In this document: one piece after another, positions 38,041 to 48,540 of the stretch
Layout: the number at the start of each line of letters is the position of its first letter
Position numbering within the stretch: position 1 is the first letter of the stretch
Source of the DNA: Candidatus Woesearchaeota archaeon
Lineage (GTDB): Archaea; Nanobdellota; Nanobdellia; Woesearchaeales; JAZDKJ01
Direction: 5' to 3'
NCBI GenBank assembly: GCA_043803105.1
Contig: JAZDKJ010000006.1
Location: 192,001-256,000, forward strand
DNA: 64,000 nt
Translations under genes and position numbers: made by a program
The notes under the pieces: model-generated
The model's database searches: none
What the model saw: only the letters and a program-made list of their open reading frames with translations
What the model was told of the DNA's origin: nothing

Positions 38041-39069
38041 TTGATGAAGGTTGCCATCTCAATGGAAGAGAAACGGCAAAGGGTCAAGGACAGGGCTCTT
38101 CTGCTTGTCGATAACTTATCAAGCAGTCTCTATGAGGAGGACATCCATGCTTTGTCCATAAGGTTCTTCTCGGTGATCCATGAGTTTTTCGCTGATTTTT
38201 GCGGTCTGCGCTATCAGTTCACCTATCCAGAGCTCATTTCAGAGATTAGGAAGCGCAACTTATTTGATGATTTCCTGTCCAAAAAGGTTATTGACTTTAT
38301 TGCTGTGCTCCAGGAAAAGGAGTATAGTAAGACAGAATTTAATGTCTCTGAATTGAACAGGTGCCTAAAGGGATTCAGGCTGATCATAAAGAGTTGTTCT
38401 GTCTCGACTACTCACCATGGCATGCACCATAGATTTTATTACCTATTCCAAAGGTTTGGCTTCCTTACAGCCCACCTTGCCAAGCGTTTTGGCAAGCGCG
38501 ATGTAGATGATATAGTCTGCCTCATCAACTCTGCAAGGTCAAACCTCGACGAACATAACATCGACCAGGCTCAGAAAACTTATGAGGATATCATCAAGCT
38601 CTACAACAGGTTGTCTGCTGAGGAGAGGAAAAGCGTCTTTCACGGGATTCATTCCCTCTATGCATCAATTGAGAAGGCTTATACAGAAAGCCTGCTAAAG
38701 CAAATTGACAGTCTCTTTGAGGATCTGCATCACCAGCTTGATTCTGGAGACCTCGCCAAGGCCGCTGAAACCTATTCTTCACTTCAGGCGCGATATGATG
38801 AATTGCCTCCTGCGAATAAGAAAAGGCTGTATTCAGAGATTGGACATTGTTACACAGATCTGCAGGCTCTGCGTGACAAGTCAGCACTCACAGACTTTGA
38901 CAGGCTTCTCGTAAGGATAAAGGCTGGTGTTACGAGCCAAAAGGTGAGCCTTGCGATGTCTTTGTATAATGAGGCAGACAACCTATATTCGCAGCTCCCG
39001 TTCAGACTGCAGCAAAAGGTCTATACCAATTTGAAGTCCACTTTCAGTCTGCTCTCACGGTTGAGCTGA
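38041..39069 (+). CDS. Hypothetical helical-repeat protein
   Basis: Repeated A...Y..(I/L)...Y..L motifs; YQFTY.EL motif also present in the 44507-46678 product. Confidence 0.7.
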   Translation: MMKVAISMEEKRQRVKDRALLLVDNLSSSLYEEDIHALSIRFFSVIHEFFADFCGLRYQFTYPELISEIRKRNLFDDFLSKKVIDFIAVLQEKEYSKTEFNVSELNRCLKGFRLIIKSCSVSTTHHGMHHRFYYLFQRFGFLTAHLAKRFGKRDVDDIVCLINSARSNLDEHNIDQAQKTYEDIIKLYNRLSAEERKSVFHGIHSLYASIEKAYTESLLKQIDSLFEDLHHQLDSGDLAKAAETYSSLQARYDELPPANKKRLYSEIGHCYTDLQALRDKSALTDFDRLLVRIKAGVTSQKVSLAMSLYNEADNLYSQLPFRLQQKVYTNLKSTFSLLSRLS

Positions 39070-42000
39070 CTAAGGATTGCTGCCCCGGTTCTTGGTTATC
39101 ACAAAAACTGCATAGCCTATCATCGCCAGGGTTGATGCCAGCACAATACTGAGTTGCATCACGTTCTGTTTGGCAAAACTTATCAGGGTTGCCAGCGTGC
39201 CTTGCTCCATTGGTTGTTCGATCGTTCTCATCTGGCTGGTAATTAAGTACCTGCAAGCGTCGATTGCGTTCTTCAGCAGCTGCTGCGCTTCTGTGATTAA
39301 TCCCGATTCTATGTCTGCCCTTGCCTCAGCCAACAGCTCGTTCAGCTCAAGGCATTCTGGGTTCGAAGATAGAAGGTCCCTGACAAAGCGTACAGAGTCG
39401 TTCATTGATTCAAGGAACGGCAATGGGTTTATGGATATAACAGCATTGTCTCTGAAATATGGGTCTTCTGATATCGCGCTTAGGTTTATCTGGTAAGGCT
39501 TTTGCTTTGGCTTGCTCGTGGTAATGTTTAGTTCAGTCTCTGTCTTTTCTCCAGGTCTTAGCTGGTTGAACCTCATTTCCTTGAACGTAAGTGTGACATT
39601 GCCTTCAGATGTTTGAGCCATAAGATGTATCTGTTTTAGGGTCACGTTGCCGCTGTTTCTCAATTCAATCGGTGCGATTATCTCTGTAGGAGAATTGAAT
39701 TTCAGCGGTTTTGTCAACACAAGTTCAAGCGATATCGGTCTGGTAACATTGACAAGTTCTTTTCTTGGTACGCTTATGTACTGCGTCGCCCCACCCCCGC
39801 TGGAGCTTGCCTGTGGCAGGTATTCCTCAGGTGCCTTCTTTACAGAGACCACTACTGTATTTGACCATGCCGTCCTGTTTCTGGAGTCAGTGGTCCAGAA
39901 GACGAGGCTTGCATCTCCTGTGAAACCTGCCTCCGGGTTAAGGTTGACATACTTTTGGTTGTTAATGCTCAACCCAAGATAGTCTGCATTCTGGATGCTC
40001 GTGTAGTTGAAGGTCAGTGAGTCATTGTCAGGGTCTTTGAAATAGTCATCCAAATCAATCCAATTCTGTACAGAGTGGTCTTCCACAACGATAAAGTTTG
40101 CTATGGAATAATTCATCTGTAAGCTTTCAATTACAGGTGTAACACCAATGTTGCTTGTGCTCATGTTTATCATGAACTGCACGAACCTTGTGTTCCAAGT
40201 TGCAGGTGATGCATTCTGTTCGAACTCGTGGCTGAAGTTGATTAAGGTATGTTCGCTGTTTGTGGAAGGCTTGCCCCACGCGCTCCAGTTTATGCCGTCT
40301 GCGCTTGTTCTGGTCCTGATTGTTATGTTTGTCCCGGCAGGCTTTGATTCCATCCAGCTAACAATCGTCAGGTTGGGCCTTGCCACTGAGGTATAAACAC
40401 CTGTCTGAGAGTCAACAGCACTTGAGATATAGCTTCCCTTTGTGTAGTAGCTGGTGCTGTTCTGTCTGGACAAGGTTATGTTTTGCGCTGTGTTGTTGGT
40501 TCTGTAGTTTGTGCCTCCTGTTAAACCTATTGTCTTTCTCCCAAAATATGATGGCCTGTCCAAGTTTTTTACAGTGACATTCCAGTAGAAGGATGCCTTG
40601 TTCCCTAGTTGGTCGCGTACCTCAACTGTGACGTTTCTTGTTCCTGAATCAAACCACCCGATGTTATAGTTCCAGCTGCTGGCTGTGCCTTGAAGAACCC
40701 CGCCAAGTATCCATTTGTAATATTTTGGGTCTCCGTCTGGCTCAATACTGCTCTGGTTGAAAAGGATTGTTCTGTTCTCTGTAATATTTATCCTTGTTCC
40801 TTGGGGGAAAAGGTTGCGGTTTGCAAAGGCAAATACTGTGTAGCTTGATATCGGCCATCCATAAGGATATATCATCGTGATGTTTGGCGCGTAGTTTGTT
40901 CCGTTGATTCTGAAAATCACCTTTCCGCCGGTCCATAGGCTTCCGTCATTCAAGGATATGTTTACTGTGTGATTGCCCACCATCCCGCTGGTTATCGTAT
41001 AGTTGATTAATCCCATCTGCAGTGAGATGTTCGTAATATTGAACATGGTTGAGTTTGTGTAAAAGAATAGCCTGTCGCCATCCACGTCTGAGCCGTTCAC
41101 GTATATCACAGCCCTGTCTCCTACTTTGTACACTTTGTTCGGTATGTTTCTCATGATTGGCGCATCATTGACTGAGGTCACTGTCACGGTAATGTTGTTG
41201 CTGTACGTTACGTTATGTGTGTCATTGAGGCTGAAGTAGAATACCTCCACCCCATGCCAGTTGGCTGAGGGATAGAGGGAAATCTTGCTGTCATCCTCGA
41301 TATTGACATTTACGTATACATCATCATAGACCTTGTAGCTCAGGTTATCCTTCTGTGAGCCTGAGCATAGGTGAAAGTCTGGGTCATAGAAATAGTCTGT
41401 TAATGTGAAATTGTCAATCAGGTCATGGTCCTCCTCCCACGTGATATTGGGGAAGGATATGTTCAGAAAAGGCCCCCTGTTGACATTTATTACTGTGACA
41501 TTCCATGTTAAAACCGTTGTAGCGTTCTGTGAGTCCGTAGCCCAAACTGTCACATTATAGCGTCCTGCCTCACAATATCCTGGCCAATACGTCCAATTCC
41601 TCTCATACGCTTTGATGGTGTTCATCAGGTAATACTTGAATGTTACAGGCTGGCCTTCCTCATCATACACCTGTGTGATATTGAAGAGCAATGAGCTTCC
41701 TTCAAATACAGAAACATTAGTCTGGTTGGGTTTGTAGCCTAGGATTACAGGAGGATCATTGACGTTCACGATGCGGAATACCACCAGCCTGGATACATTG
41801 TTGAATCCGTCGCTAAGCGAGATGTTCACTGTGTGGTTTCCAACATCTTTCTGTATGGGTGTAAGGCCTATGTGATAGCTTGTTGTGTTGACCTTTGTCA
41901 AGTTGAACAGCGTATTATTGCTCCACATTGTGAGATTTGCCATTTCCTCGTCATAGCCGCCTATGTATATGCTTGCTGTCTGGTCTTCCAGCAGGGTGTA

Positions 42001-44166
42001 GTTTGTCCGTAGATTTGTAAAATAAGGTAGATCATTGACAATTGTAATGTTTAATGTGAAGATTGTGAGGTTATACCCACCATATCCATCAGTGACATTC
42101 ACCCTGATTGTATGGTTTCCCGCGTCTGCCTGCTGTGGTGTGAAATTAATGAGGCCTGCCGTGCTGTTGAATAGGGATATCGAAAAGAAGCTAGCATTTG
42201 TCTGGAATATCAATTGGTCATTGTCAGGGTCAAATCCATTCACATAAAAGGTTAGTCTCTGGTCCTCTGCTATGGTTTTTGGTCCTATTGGATAGATTAA
42301 CGGCGCCCGGTTCACGAATATGGTCAAGTGCACGACCTGTGAATCGCTTTTCTGTATTGTGGTATCATCATCATGTACGCTGATGTTCACAAACCATTCT
42401 CCAACCAGTGATGTGTTTGTGATGTTTAGGTTTGTACTGCTGCTTGCAGGGCTTATCACGTTTGCTGCGTCAATGTTAAAGAAAGTGCAGTTATCAGTGA
42501 AGGTTAGTATATCATCTTCATCAAGGTCTGTCGCACTAAGATTCAGCAGATACGAGCGGTTTATCCTGAGGTAGGTGTGTGGGATTGCCGCCAGGATTGG
42601 TGGGTTGTTGTAGTCTACTATGCTGAACTTTACCAGGGTGTAGTTGATTGCACCCTTTGAATCAGTGACGGTTATCCTTACAGTATGGTTTCCAACGTCT
42701 TGATTGACTGGTGTGAAGCTGATTTGCCCTGTTGCATTGCCGTCTGCATGCCTTACCGTGACTATGTTGAAGAATGTTGCATTGTCTGTGAATGTCAGGT
42801 TATCCCCGTCCTGGTCTGTTGCATTGATTGTAGTAAAGAAAGGGGTACCTTCCATTGCTGACTGGTTGTTTATGTGTTGTATCCATGGTGCTGTGTTGTT
42901 TCTTATTGTGAACTTGACTATCTGCGAGTCCCAGAGCTCTGAGTCATTGACTGAGATGTTCACGAAATGGTCACCTTGTTGCGAATTGCTGGGAGTAAAG
43001 TTGATTAAACCGGATAGTGCGCCAATTGTAAATAACGTGGAGTTGCTGTTAAAGTATAGGTATTCTCCACCATCCACGTCTGTTGCGTTTGCCCAGAATT
43101 CGTACTTCAGGCCTGCAATCAAGGTTTGGTTGGGGATGAACACGAGCTCAGGCGGGTCATTGACACCAGTCACATTAAGCTTTATCGTGTTGCCGAATGC
43201 AGCATTGTGGCTGTCATTTGCCTTGAGCGTGATGTACTCAACACCCCAGAAATTTACCTGCGGCAAGAAGCTCACCTTGGAACTCGTGGCATTGATTGTA
43301 ACCATTATGTATGTATTGCCACTCACTGTGTAAATTACTGTGTCTTTGTTTGCACCGGTGCAATTTATGTCAGGGTCAACGAAATAGCTCTGCAGTGTTA
43401 GATTGTTTGTTAGATTATGGTCCTCCTGCCAGGTGATGTTGGCAAAGCTTCCATTGAGCACTGGAGGCCTGTTTGTGTTGTTTACTGTTATAGTCCAATT
43501 GTGTGTGTCTGCAGTCTCGTTGAGGTCCCTGACCACAAGCGATACATTGTGTTTTCCTGCTGAACAAAAGTCCGCATAATATGTCCAGCTTCCGTTTGAC
43601 ATATTGGAGATTTTTTTTGCCGTATTGTCCAGGTACCATGTTGTGTTAAGCCTGTCTCCCCATGGCATGTCCTTGTCGCTTGTGCTGTAGTTGAACCAGA
43701 ATCCTACGCTGAGGTTCTCTTGTGTGCTCACATTTTTCTGCACTGGATTCCACCAGGTGATGTTTGGCTTGTCGTTCAAGTTCTTTACGTAGAAGTACAG
43801 CAATACGCCTGAGAATTCTGTTGGTTTTCCTGCGTCCAGCGCGTTCACAATTATGGTCCAGTTCAGTTGGCCTGTCAAAGGATCTCCCACGTCATTATTT
43901 GTGGGAGTGAAGTTCATCAGCGCTGCAGTATTGTTCTTGCTTACCAGGCTGAATGAGCTGAATTTTCCAGGAGGCAGGTCGTGGGTAAAGTTTATTGGGT
44001 ACTCCAAGTCTGGGTCTGTTGCTATTATGAAGAACTGGAACCTCTGTCCTTGTGTCAGGTTGAACATGGTGCCGCTTGCAACATTCTGGAATATCGGGTT
44101 TGCTGCATAGACTCCTGTTACGGTTAGGATGAGTGCAACTGCGATCAACACTGTTGACCTTCTCAT
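39070..44166 (-). CDS. Very large secreted/surface protein with cadherin/Ig-like repeats
   Basis: Signal peptide, repeated N.PP / D.D.D / G.INFTP / G.H.V.I.V.D units, dense N-X-S/T sequons and a C-terminal TM helix. Confidence 0.88.
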   Translation of the reverse strand: MRRSTVLIAVALILTVTGVYAANPIFQNVASGTMFNLTQGQRFQFFIIATDPDLEYPINFTHDLPPGKFSSFSLVSKNNTAALMNFTPTNNDVGDPLTGQLNWTIIVNALDAGKPTEFSGVLLYFYVKNLNDKPNITWWNPVQKNVSTQENLSVGFWFNYSTSDKDMPWGDRLNTTWYLDNTAKKISNMSNGSWTYYADFCSAGKHNVSLVVRDLNETADTHNWTITVNNTNRPPVLNGSFANITWQEDHNLTNNLTLQSYFVDPDINCTGANKDTVIYTVSGNTYIMVTINATSSKVSFLPQVNFWGVEYITLKANDSHNAAFGNTIKLNVTGVNDPPELVFIPNQTLIAGLKYEFWANATDVDGGEYLYFNSNSTLFTIGALSGLINFTPSNSQQGDHFVNISVNDSELWDSQIVKFTIRNNTAPWIQHINNQSAMEGTPFFTTINATDQDGDNLTFTDNATFFNIVTVRHADGNATGQISFTPVNQDVGNHTVRITVTDSKGAINYTLVKFSIVDYNNPPILAAIPHTYLRINRSYLLNLSATDLDEDDILTFTDNCTFFNIDAANVISPASSSTNLNITNTSLVGEWFVNISVHDDDTTIQKSDSQVVHLTIFVNRAPLIYPIGPKTIAEDQRLTFYVNGFDPDNDQLIFQTNASFFSISLFNSTAGLINFTPQQADAGNHTIRVNVTDGYGGYNLTIFTLNITIVNDLPYFTNLRTNYTLLEDQTASIYIGGYDEEMANLTMWSNNTLFNLTKVNTTSYHIGLTPIQKDVGNHTVNISLSDGFNNVSRLVVFRIVNVNDPPVILGYKPNQTNVSVFEGSSLLFNITQVYDEEGQPVTFKYYLMNTIKAYERNWTYWPGYCEAGRYNVTVWATDSQNATTVLTWNVTVINVNRGPFLNISFPNITWEEDHDLIDNFTLTDYFYDPDFHLCSGSQKDNLSYKVYDDVYVNVNIEDDSKISLYPSANWHGVEVFYFSLNDTHNVTYSNNITVTVTSVNDAPIMRNIPNKVYKVGDRAVIYVNGSDVDGDRLFFYTNSTMFNITNISLQMGLINYTITSGMVGNHTVNISLNDGSLWTGGKVIFRINGTNYAPNITMIYPYGWPISSYTVFAFANRNLFPQGTRINITENRTILFNQSSIEPDGDPKYYKWILGGVLQGTASSWNYNIGWFDSGTRNVTVEVRDQLGNKASFYWNVTVKNLDRPSYFGRKTIGLTGGTNYRTNNTAQNITLSRQNSTSYYTKGSYISSAVDSQTGVYTSVARPNLTIVSWMESKPAGTNITIRTRTSADGINWSAWGKPSTNSEHTLINFSHEFEQNASPATWNTRFVQFMINMSTSNIGVTPVIESLQMNYSIANFIVVEDHSVQNWIDLDDYFKDPDNDSLTFNYTSIQNADYLGLSINNQKYVNLNPEAGFTGDASLVFWTTDSRNRTAWSNTVVVSVKKAPEEYLPQASSSGGGATQYISVPRKELVNVTRPISLELVLTKPLKFNSPTEIIAPIELRNSGNVTLKQIHLMAQTSEGNVTLTFKEMRFNQLRPGEKTETELNITTSKPKQKPYQINLSAISEDPYFRDNAVISINPLPFLESMNDSVRFVRDLLSSNPECLELNELLAEARADIESGLITEAQQLLKNAIDACRYLITSQMRTIEQPMEQGTLATLISFAKQNVMQLSIVLASTLAMIGYAVFVITKNRGSNP

Positions 44167-44510
44167 GTCATCCTCACTTTTATTGTGCAATTGTTTTGCT
44201 TATTGTCCACAGTATATTGCACCTCAACAGTGTTCTGCCCAACTTGTACATCTTGCCATGTGCATCTTATTCCTTCTTGTATTGCTGAGCAAATGTTTGT
44301 GTCTGCTTTGGTTGGATAGCCTTCAATCGTTGCCACTATGTTCTGCCCTTTGCTTAAAATGATTTCATCATTGCACCTGATGTGGTGGATTTCTTCTTGC
44401 GACATTACCAAGTAGCTGGTTAATGACTGAGTGTCGAGCATCAGGCTTATAGCTGCTAATATGGTGGTTATTAGCACCAGGAGCCCCATTTGCTGTTTCC
44501 ACTGCCTCAT
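44163..44510 (-). CDS. Small membrane-anchored protein
   Basis: N-terminal TM; ATGA overlaps with both neighbours. Confidence 0.7.
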   Translation of the reverse strand: MRQWKQQMGLLVLITTILAAISLMLDTQSLTSYLVMSQEEIHHIRCNDEIILSKGQNIVATIEGYPTKADTNICSAIQEGIRCTWQDVQVGQNTVEVQYTVDNKQNNCTIKVRMT

Positions 44511-46678
44511 TTCTTCTCCTTTGTTGATTTATGTAGTTCGTCGTACAGCCTTCGTACTGCTGCAAAGTATTGTCTCTGGTCTTGCTCGCTCAAGACCTTG
44601 TAAAGTTTCATCACTTGCTTGTACCCTCGAACCGCTGCCTGTTGGTCATTCTTGTGCATTGCCTCAAATACATTGTATATCAACTCAAACATCTGCCTGG
44701 ATTTTCCTTCTATTTTCCATGAGGTTTTGTTTTGTATAATACGCATGTCTGTGCTCTGCTTGATTATTCTGCGAAGTTCTTCTATCAAGTTTGCTAGCTC
44801 CTCGCTTGACACTACATAATTGCTGTACTCTATCTCTTTGATTCTTCGCAGCAATGATTCCGCTATTCCTTGCAACTTTGGATCAACCCTCCTTTTCCTA
44901 AGTTCTACAGCTATCTCCTCGTAGGTAAATTCATAATCCAGTCTAAGCATTGCCTTGAAGAATTGCTTGGTTGCGCTGCCAAGCTCCTTGATGCCTTCCT
45001 TTGGATGTCTTACATCAATCGAGTCCAGTTGTGCCAAGACCTCCTCATAAGTTGTCGTCTCTGTTCTGAAGGTCAATTTCATCAGCTGTGCAAGGTTCTG
45101 GCTCGTTCTGTGTTTTTCTAGTACCTTGGTTACATATGGTTTGCTAATCATGATACCAACTAGGATTGCCATTGTAAGGAGGCTAATCAAAATAATTGAC
45201 CATCCTGTGAAAGCCTCCTGCAAAGTCTCTATTGATATCGGCTGCTCTGTAGCTATTACCGCCTCTCCCGCCCCGCCAGGTTGCGCTAGGCATGGTTCGC
45301 AAGGTCCTCCGCAATCTATGCCTGCCTCTTCCTGGTTCTTTACCCTGTCATAGCATGTGGCGCATGGCTGGCATGGTCCGCCGCAATCAACACCCTCCTC
45401 ATTCCGGTTCCACACTCCGTCAATGCATTGGGGTATGCCCTTGCATGGCTGGCTTATGCTCGGCCTCTTCTTTATGGTGTTGCAATTGTTTAGGTCTATG
45501 CAGTTCCTGTACATTGTGCCGTTTTCAAGGCAGCCATCCCACCTCTGGCAGAACCACTCTTCAACGCACTTAATGCTTCCACCACCTCCGCCTCCGCCTC
45601 CGCCTGCAGCTGCCGGTACTATAGGTGGTGGTGTAGTGACGCGGAGTGAAACATTGTTGCTTCTGTTGCTTGCACCCCAATTGTCTGTTACAGTGAAGTA
45701 CACCAATTCATTGCCAATCCATCCTTGCGGCTGTGAGAAAACCACAAAATTGTTGCTCGTTGGGTAAATGTCTGCTTTTATTACGTGCAGCGGATTGAGA
45801 TATACAACATTGAAGTATAGGTGGTCGTCCCTGTCAGGGTCAAACACAAAATCATTCAGGTAGAATGCCGCCCTTATCTGATTTACAAACCAGGTCTGTG
45901 GCTCTAGGTTCCTGATAAACCTTGGTGGCCTGTTGACATTGGTTATGTTCACTGTCCAGTTTAGCATTCTCGTGTTGTTGAATTGGTCTGACAGCATGAT
46001 TGACACATTGAAAATGCCTACCGAAGTGAAGTTGGTGTTAAGTGCATACCTGCTGCTTCCAGTTGCATTGGCTGTGCTGTTTCTTGTCTGCCCGTTGACT
46101 CTCCATTGTAGGCTGACTGTCTCATTTAGGGTTTCAAAGAATGAGACCTTGAACCGCAAGGTCTTGTTCTCGCTTATGTTGACTTTCGGGAATTTGCTGT
46201 ATACTGATTGATTTGGGTAATAACCTGTTATGTTTGGTGGTAGGTTTTTTATTATCGTGATGTTCAGGCTTTTGGTTGTTAGCCTGTTTGAGCAAATTGA
46301 ACTGTCATCTGCTGTTATGTTGACCGTTTGCCTTCCTGTATTGGCATTGCTGGCTGTAAAGTAGATTACTCCGGTAATTGGGTCTATGTCAAACATGGTA
46401 CTGTCATCAAAATAGGTGATTGTGTCGTTGTGCGGGTCAGTTGCATTGGCTCTGCAAAAATAATAGTAGAAAGCTGTGAAGTTCTTTGGGCAATTGATAT
46501 TGAGTTGCGGCGGTACATTGATGCACAGGTTCAACAGTGCTTCTGAAAAGTCGCTTGCTTTGCCTGTTAGCCGTGTTGGTGCACTGGCTTCTTGGTAGAT
46601 TCTCACGTTTATGTAAAAGCCTATGATTACGAAAACAACCGCCACTGCGGCTATTGTGTTGTTTGAGATCCTAATCAT
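44507..46678 (-). CDS. Surface protein with Ig-like repeats, Cys-rich DCGGPC repeats and a TM helix
   Basis: ISN.T start, NRPP/DPD repeats, poly-Gly linker, two C.D...N..E.G.DCGGPC..C units. Confidence 0.82.
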   Translation of the reverse strand: MIRISNNTIAAVAVVFVIIGFYINVRIYQEASAPTRLTGKASDFSEALLNLCINVPPQLNINCPKNFTAFYYYFCRANATDPHNDTITYFDDSTMFDIDPITGVIYFTASNANTGRQTVNITADDSSICSNRLTTKSLNITIIKNLPPNITGYYPNQSVYSKFPKVNISENKTLRFKVSFFETLNETVSLQWRVNGQTRNSTANATGSSRYALNTNFTSVGIFNVSIMLSDQFNNTRMLNWTVNITNVNRPPRFIRNLEPQTWFVNQIRAAFYLNDFVFDPDRDDHLYFNVVYLNPLHVIKADIYPTSNNFVVFSQPQGWIGNELVYFTVTDNWGASNRSNNVSLRVTTPPPIVPAAAGGGGGGGGGSIKCVEEWFCQRWDGCLENGTMYRNCIDLNNCNTIKKRPSISQPCKGIPQCIDGVWNRNEEGVDCGGPCQPCATCYDRVKNQEEAGIDCGGPCEPCLAQPGGAGEAVIATEQPISIETLQEAFTGWSIILISLLTMAILVGIMISKPYVTKVLEKHRTSQNLAQLMKLTFRTETTTYEEVLAQLDSIDVRHPKEGIKELGSATKQFFKAMLRLDYEFTYEEIAVELRKRRVDPKLQGIAESLLRRIKEIEYSNYVVSSEELANLIEELRRIIKQSTDMRIIQNKTSWKIEGKSRQMFELIYNVFEAMHKNDQQAAVRGYKQVMKLYKVLSEQDQRQYFAAVRRLYDELHKSTKEKK

Positions 46679-46826
46679 TGTCCTTCTTTTCTTTGTACTT
46701 GAGCAACATGTGCCTGATTCCCTCTCGTGTTATCTCTGCTTGGTTGCTGAACAGTCCCTTATCTATCAGCTCCTGCATCTGCCTCTTCATTTCTTTTCCG
46801 ACACGTATATGGATTAGCGTTGCCAT
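46671..46826 (-). CDS. CopG/ribbon-helix-helix regulator
   Basis: LIHIRV....K..M..LIDKGLFSNQAEITREGIR. Confidence 0.85.
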   Translation of the reverse strand: MATLIHIRVGKEMKRQMQELIDKGLFSNQAEITREGIRHMLLKYKEKKDND

Positions 46827-46994
46827 TTTGCTATTTATAAGTATCAGAAATATAACTAATTGATATATATAAATATTTGTATATAAGTAGATAGAATAAA
46901 ACAGATATATCGAAATGATACACTTAAGATACACTTTATTATAGGGCAGTCAAAATAATCTACAAAAGGCTTAAAAACCTAGAAACCGCAATCT

Positions 46995-47411
46995 CTACCA
47001 GGCTCTTGTTATGACTATTCTCAGCTTGCCGTAATATGTGCCGTTCACAGTGTTTTCAGGCACAATTCCTGATGATTGCACCTGTTCTTGCGTGCCCTTG
47101 TCCAGTCTAAAGCTTGTATTGGAGAACCTGACAAACCTTGCCACATCTCCAGAGATTTGGACGGTAACTTGAACCGGCATGTTATAGATGTTTCTAACAG
47201 TGAAAGCCCGATGTCCTGTTCCGCCCGGAGGTACTGCTCCGTAGGTAAGGTTGATAGGGTTTACATCAATGCCCACAAAGTCTGCCACCACGAGCTTCAC
47301 ATGGGTTTCCTTTACATCAACTACATAATAGAATGAGTATAAGATTGATGTTGCAGTTATGGAAATCAGCAGCGCCACAAAAAGCAGAATCAGCGTTTGC
47401 TTAAGGTTCAT
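46995..47411 (-). CDS. Membrane-anchored Ig-like protein
   Basis: N-terminal TM, L.YG.VPPG and G.Y.G.L.I. Confidence 0.7.
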   Translation of the reverse strand: MNLKQTLILLFVALLISITATSILYSFYYVVDVKETHVKLVVADFVGIDVNPINLTYGAVPPGGTGHRAFTVRNIYNMPVQVTVQISGDVARFVRFSNTSFRLDKGTQEQVQSSGIVPENTVNGTYYGKLRIVITRAW

Positions 47412-48531
47412 TTTTCCTCCTGCCTCTCATCAGGAGCAGCATAAGCCCTGCCACAATTATCAAGAGAGCAATCAATCCTAAACCCCCAAATACTATCATT
47501 GGTTGTTCAGTCAGTTTCTTCTTGGCAGGAGTGGTAATCTCAACAATTCCTTGGTAACTGTTTGTGCCACCGTCATACTTCAAAATGATGGTTGACTGGT
47601 ACATACCGGGCTTCATGTTTTTTGTGTCAAAATATGTCTTCATGGTTTTTGTTTCCCATGGTTCAAGGTCGGTTGATGGTGTTTGGAATGTTGTGTTGCC
47701 AACGCTCACAATAGCATATTGATTTGTTATCCTCGAATTCCACAGGCTTTGCACTATTACCTCAAATGGGCTGATGGTTTCAAATCCTGCTGTCCTTGTG
47801 TAGTTTATCAAACCTACTGAGAGGGATCCTATCTTGAATTGCCTGCTCATATAAGAGGTATTTGTCCTGTAATGGAATGCTGCCTTTGCCAGGTACTCGC
47901 CTCCCTTGTAGCCTTTGCTTGCCCATTTCACAGCATACGATTGTCTTTCCACTCTTGAAGCCAGTGGTTTTGTATCAGTTTTTAGTTCTGCAATTGTCTG
48001 GCCTGCCATATCTACAATCTGAACATCACCCCAAGACGCAGTAATATTTTCATAACCATAGTTTGATGCATATATCGTCACTGGCAGAGTCTCATTCTCG
48101 TTGATGTTCGGGACTGCAAAATCTGTCAAGACAAAAACCCCCGGAAAAGGGACAACTATGACAATGAATGCCACTACAGTGGTTGCGGTACCTATCATGT
48201 CACCGCCTTGCGGAACCTCAGCAGCGCTGACTTCGATTATGTTCTTGCCAGGTGTTTTTATGAACTCAGGCAGTTTGAGATGTATCGTTACAGCCTGTCC
48301 CTTGAGGTTTTGCGCCGAGAATTCTTCTGTTTTCAATAAGCTTGCGTATTGTGCCAGCCCTCCACCCAAGTTGACTCTGATTTGTGCAGCATCCCCTACC
48401 AGGAAGGTCACATCCTGTTCCAGGTTGGGTTGGAAATCAATATAGGTTTTTGCTGGAGAAATGAACGTTCCTTGTACTGCTTGCACTGAAATAAAGATAA
48501 AAAATAAGAAAAAAAGGTTATGCCTCCTCAT
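47401..48531 (-). CDS. Secreted Ig-like protein with C-terminal TM anchor
   Basis: Signal peptide, beta-rich repeats, TM followed by RRK. Confidence 0.75.
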   Translation of the reverse strand: MRRHNLFFLFFIFISVQAVQGTFISPAKTYIDFQPNLEQDVTFLVGDAAQIRVNLGGGLAQYASLLKTEEFSAQNLKGQAVTIHLKLPEFIKTPGKNIIEVSAAEVPQGGDMIGTATTVVAFIVIVVPFPGVFVLTDFAVPNINENETLPVTIYASNYGYENITASWGDVQIVDMAGQTIAELKTDTKPLASRVERQSYAVKWASKGYKGGEYLAKAAFHYRTNTSYMSRQFKIGSLSVGLINYTRTAGFETISPFEVIVQSLWNSRITNQYAIVSVGNTTFQTPSTDLEPWETKTMKTYFDTKNMKPGMYQSTIILKYDGGTNSYQGIVEITTPAKKKLTEQPMIVFGGLGLIALLIIVAGLMLLLMRGRRKNEP

Positions 48532-48540
48532 AATGCTTCC

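Noticed and set aside
45576-45606. GGC/GGA repeat tract as a contingency locus
   Set aside because: In-frame mixed-codon poly-Gly linker, common in surface proteins
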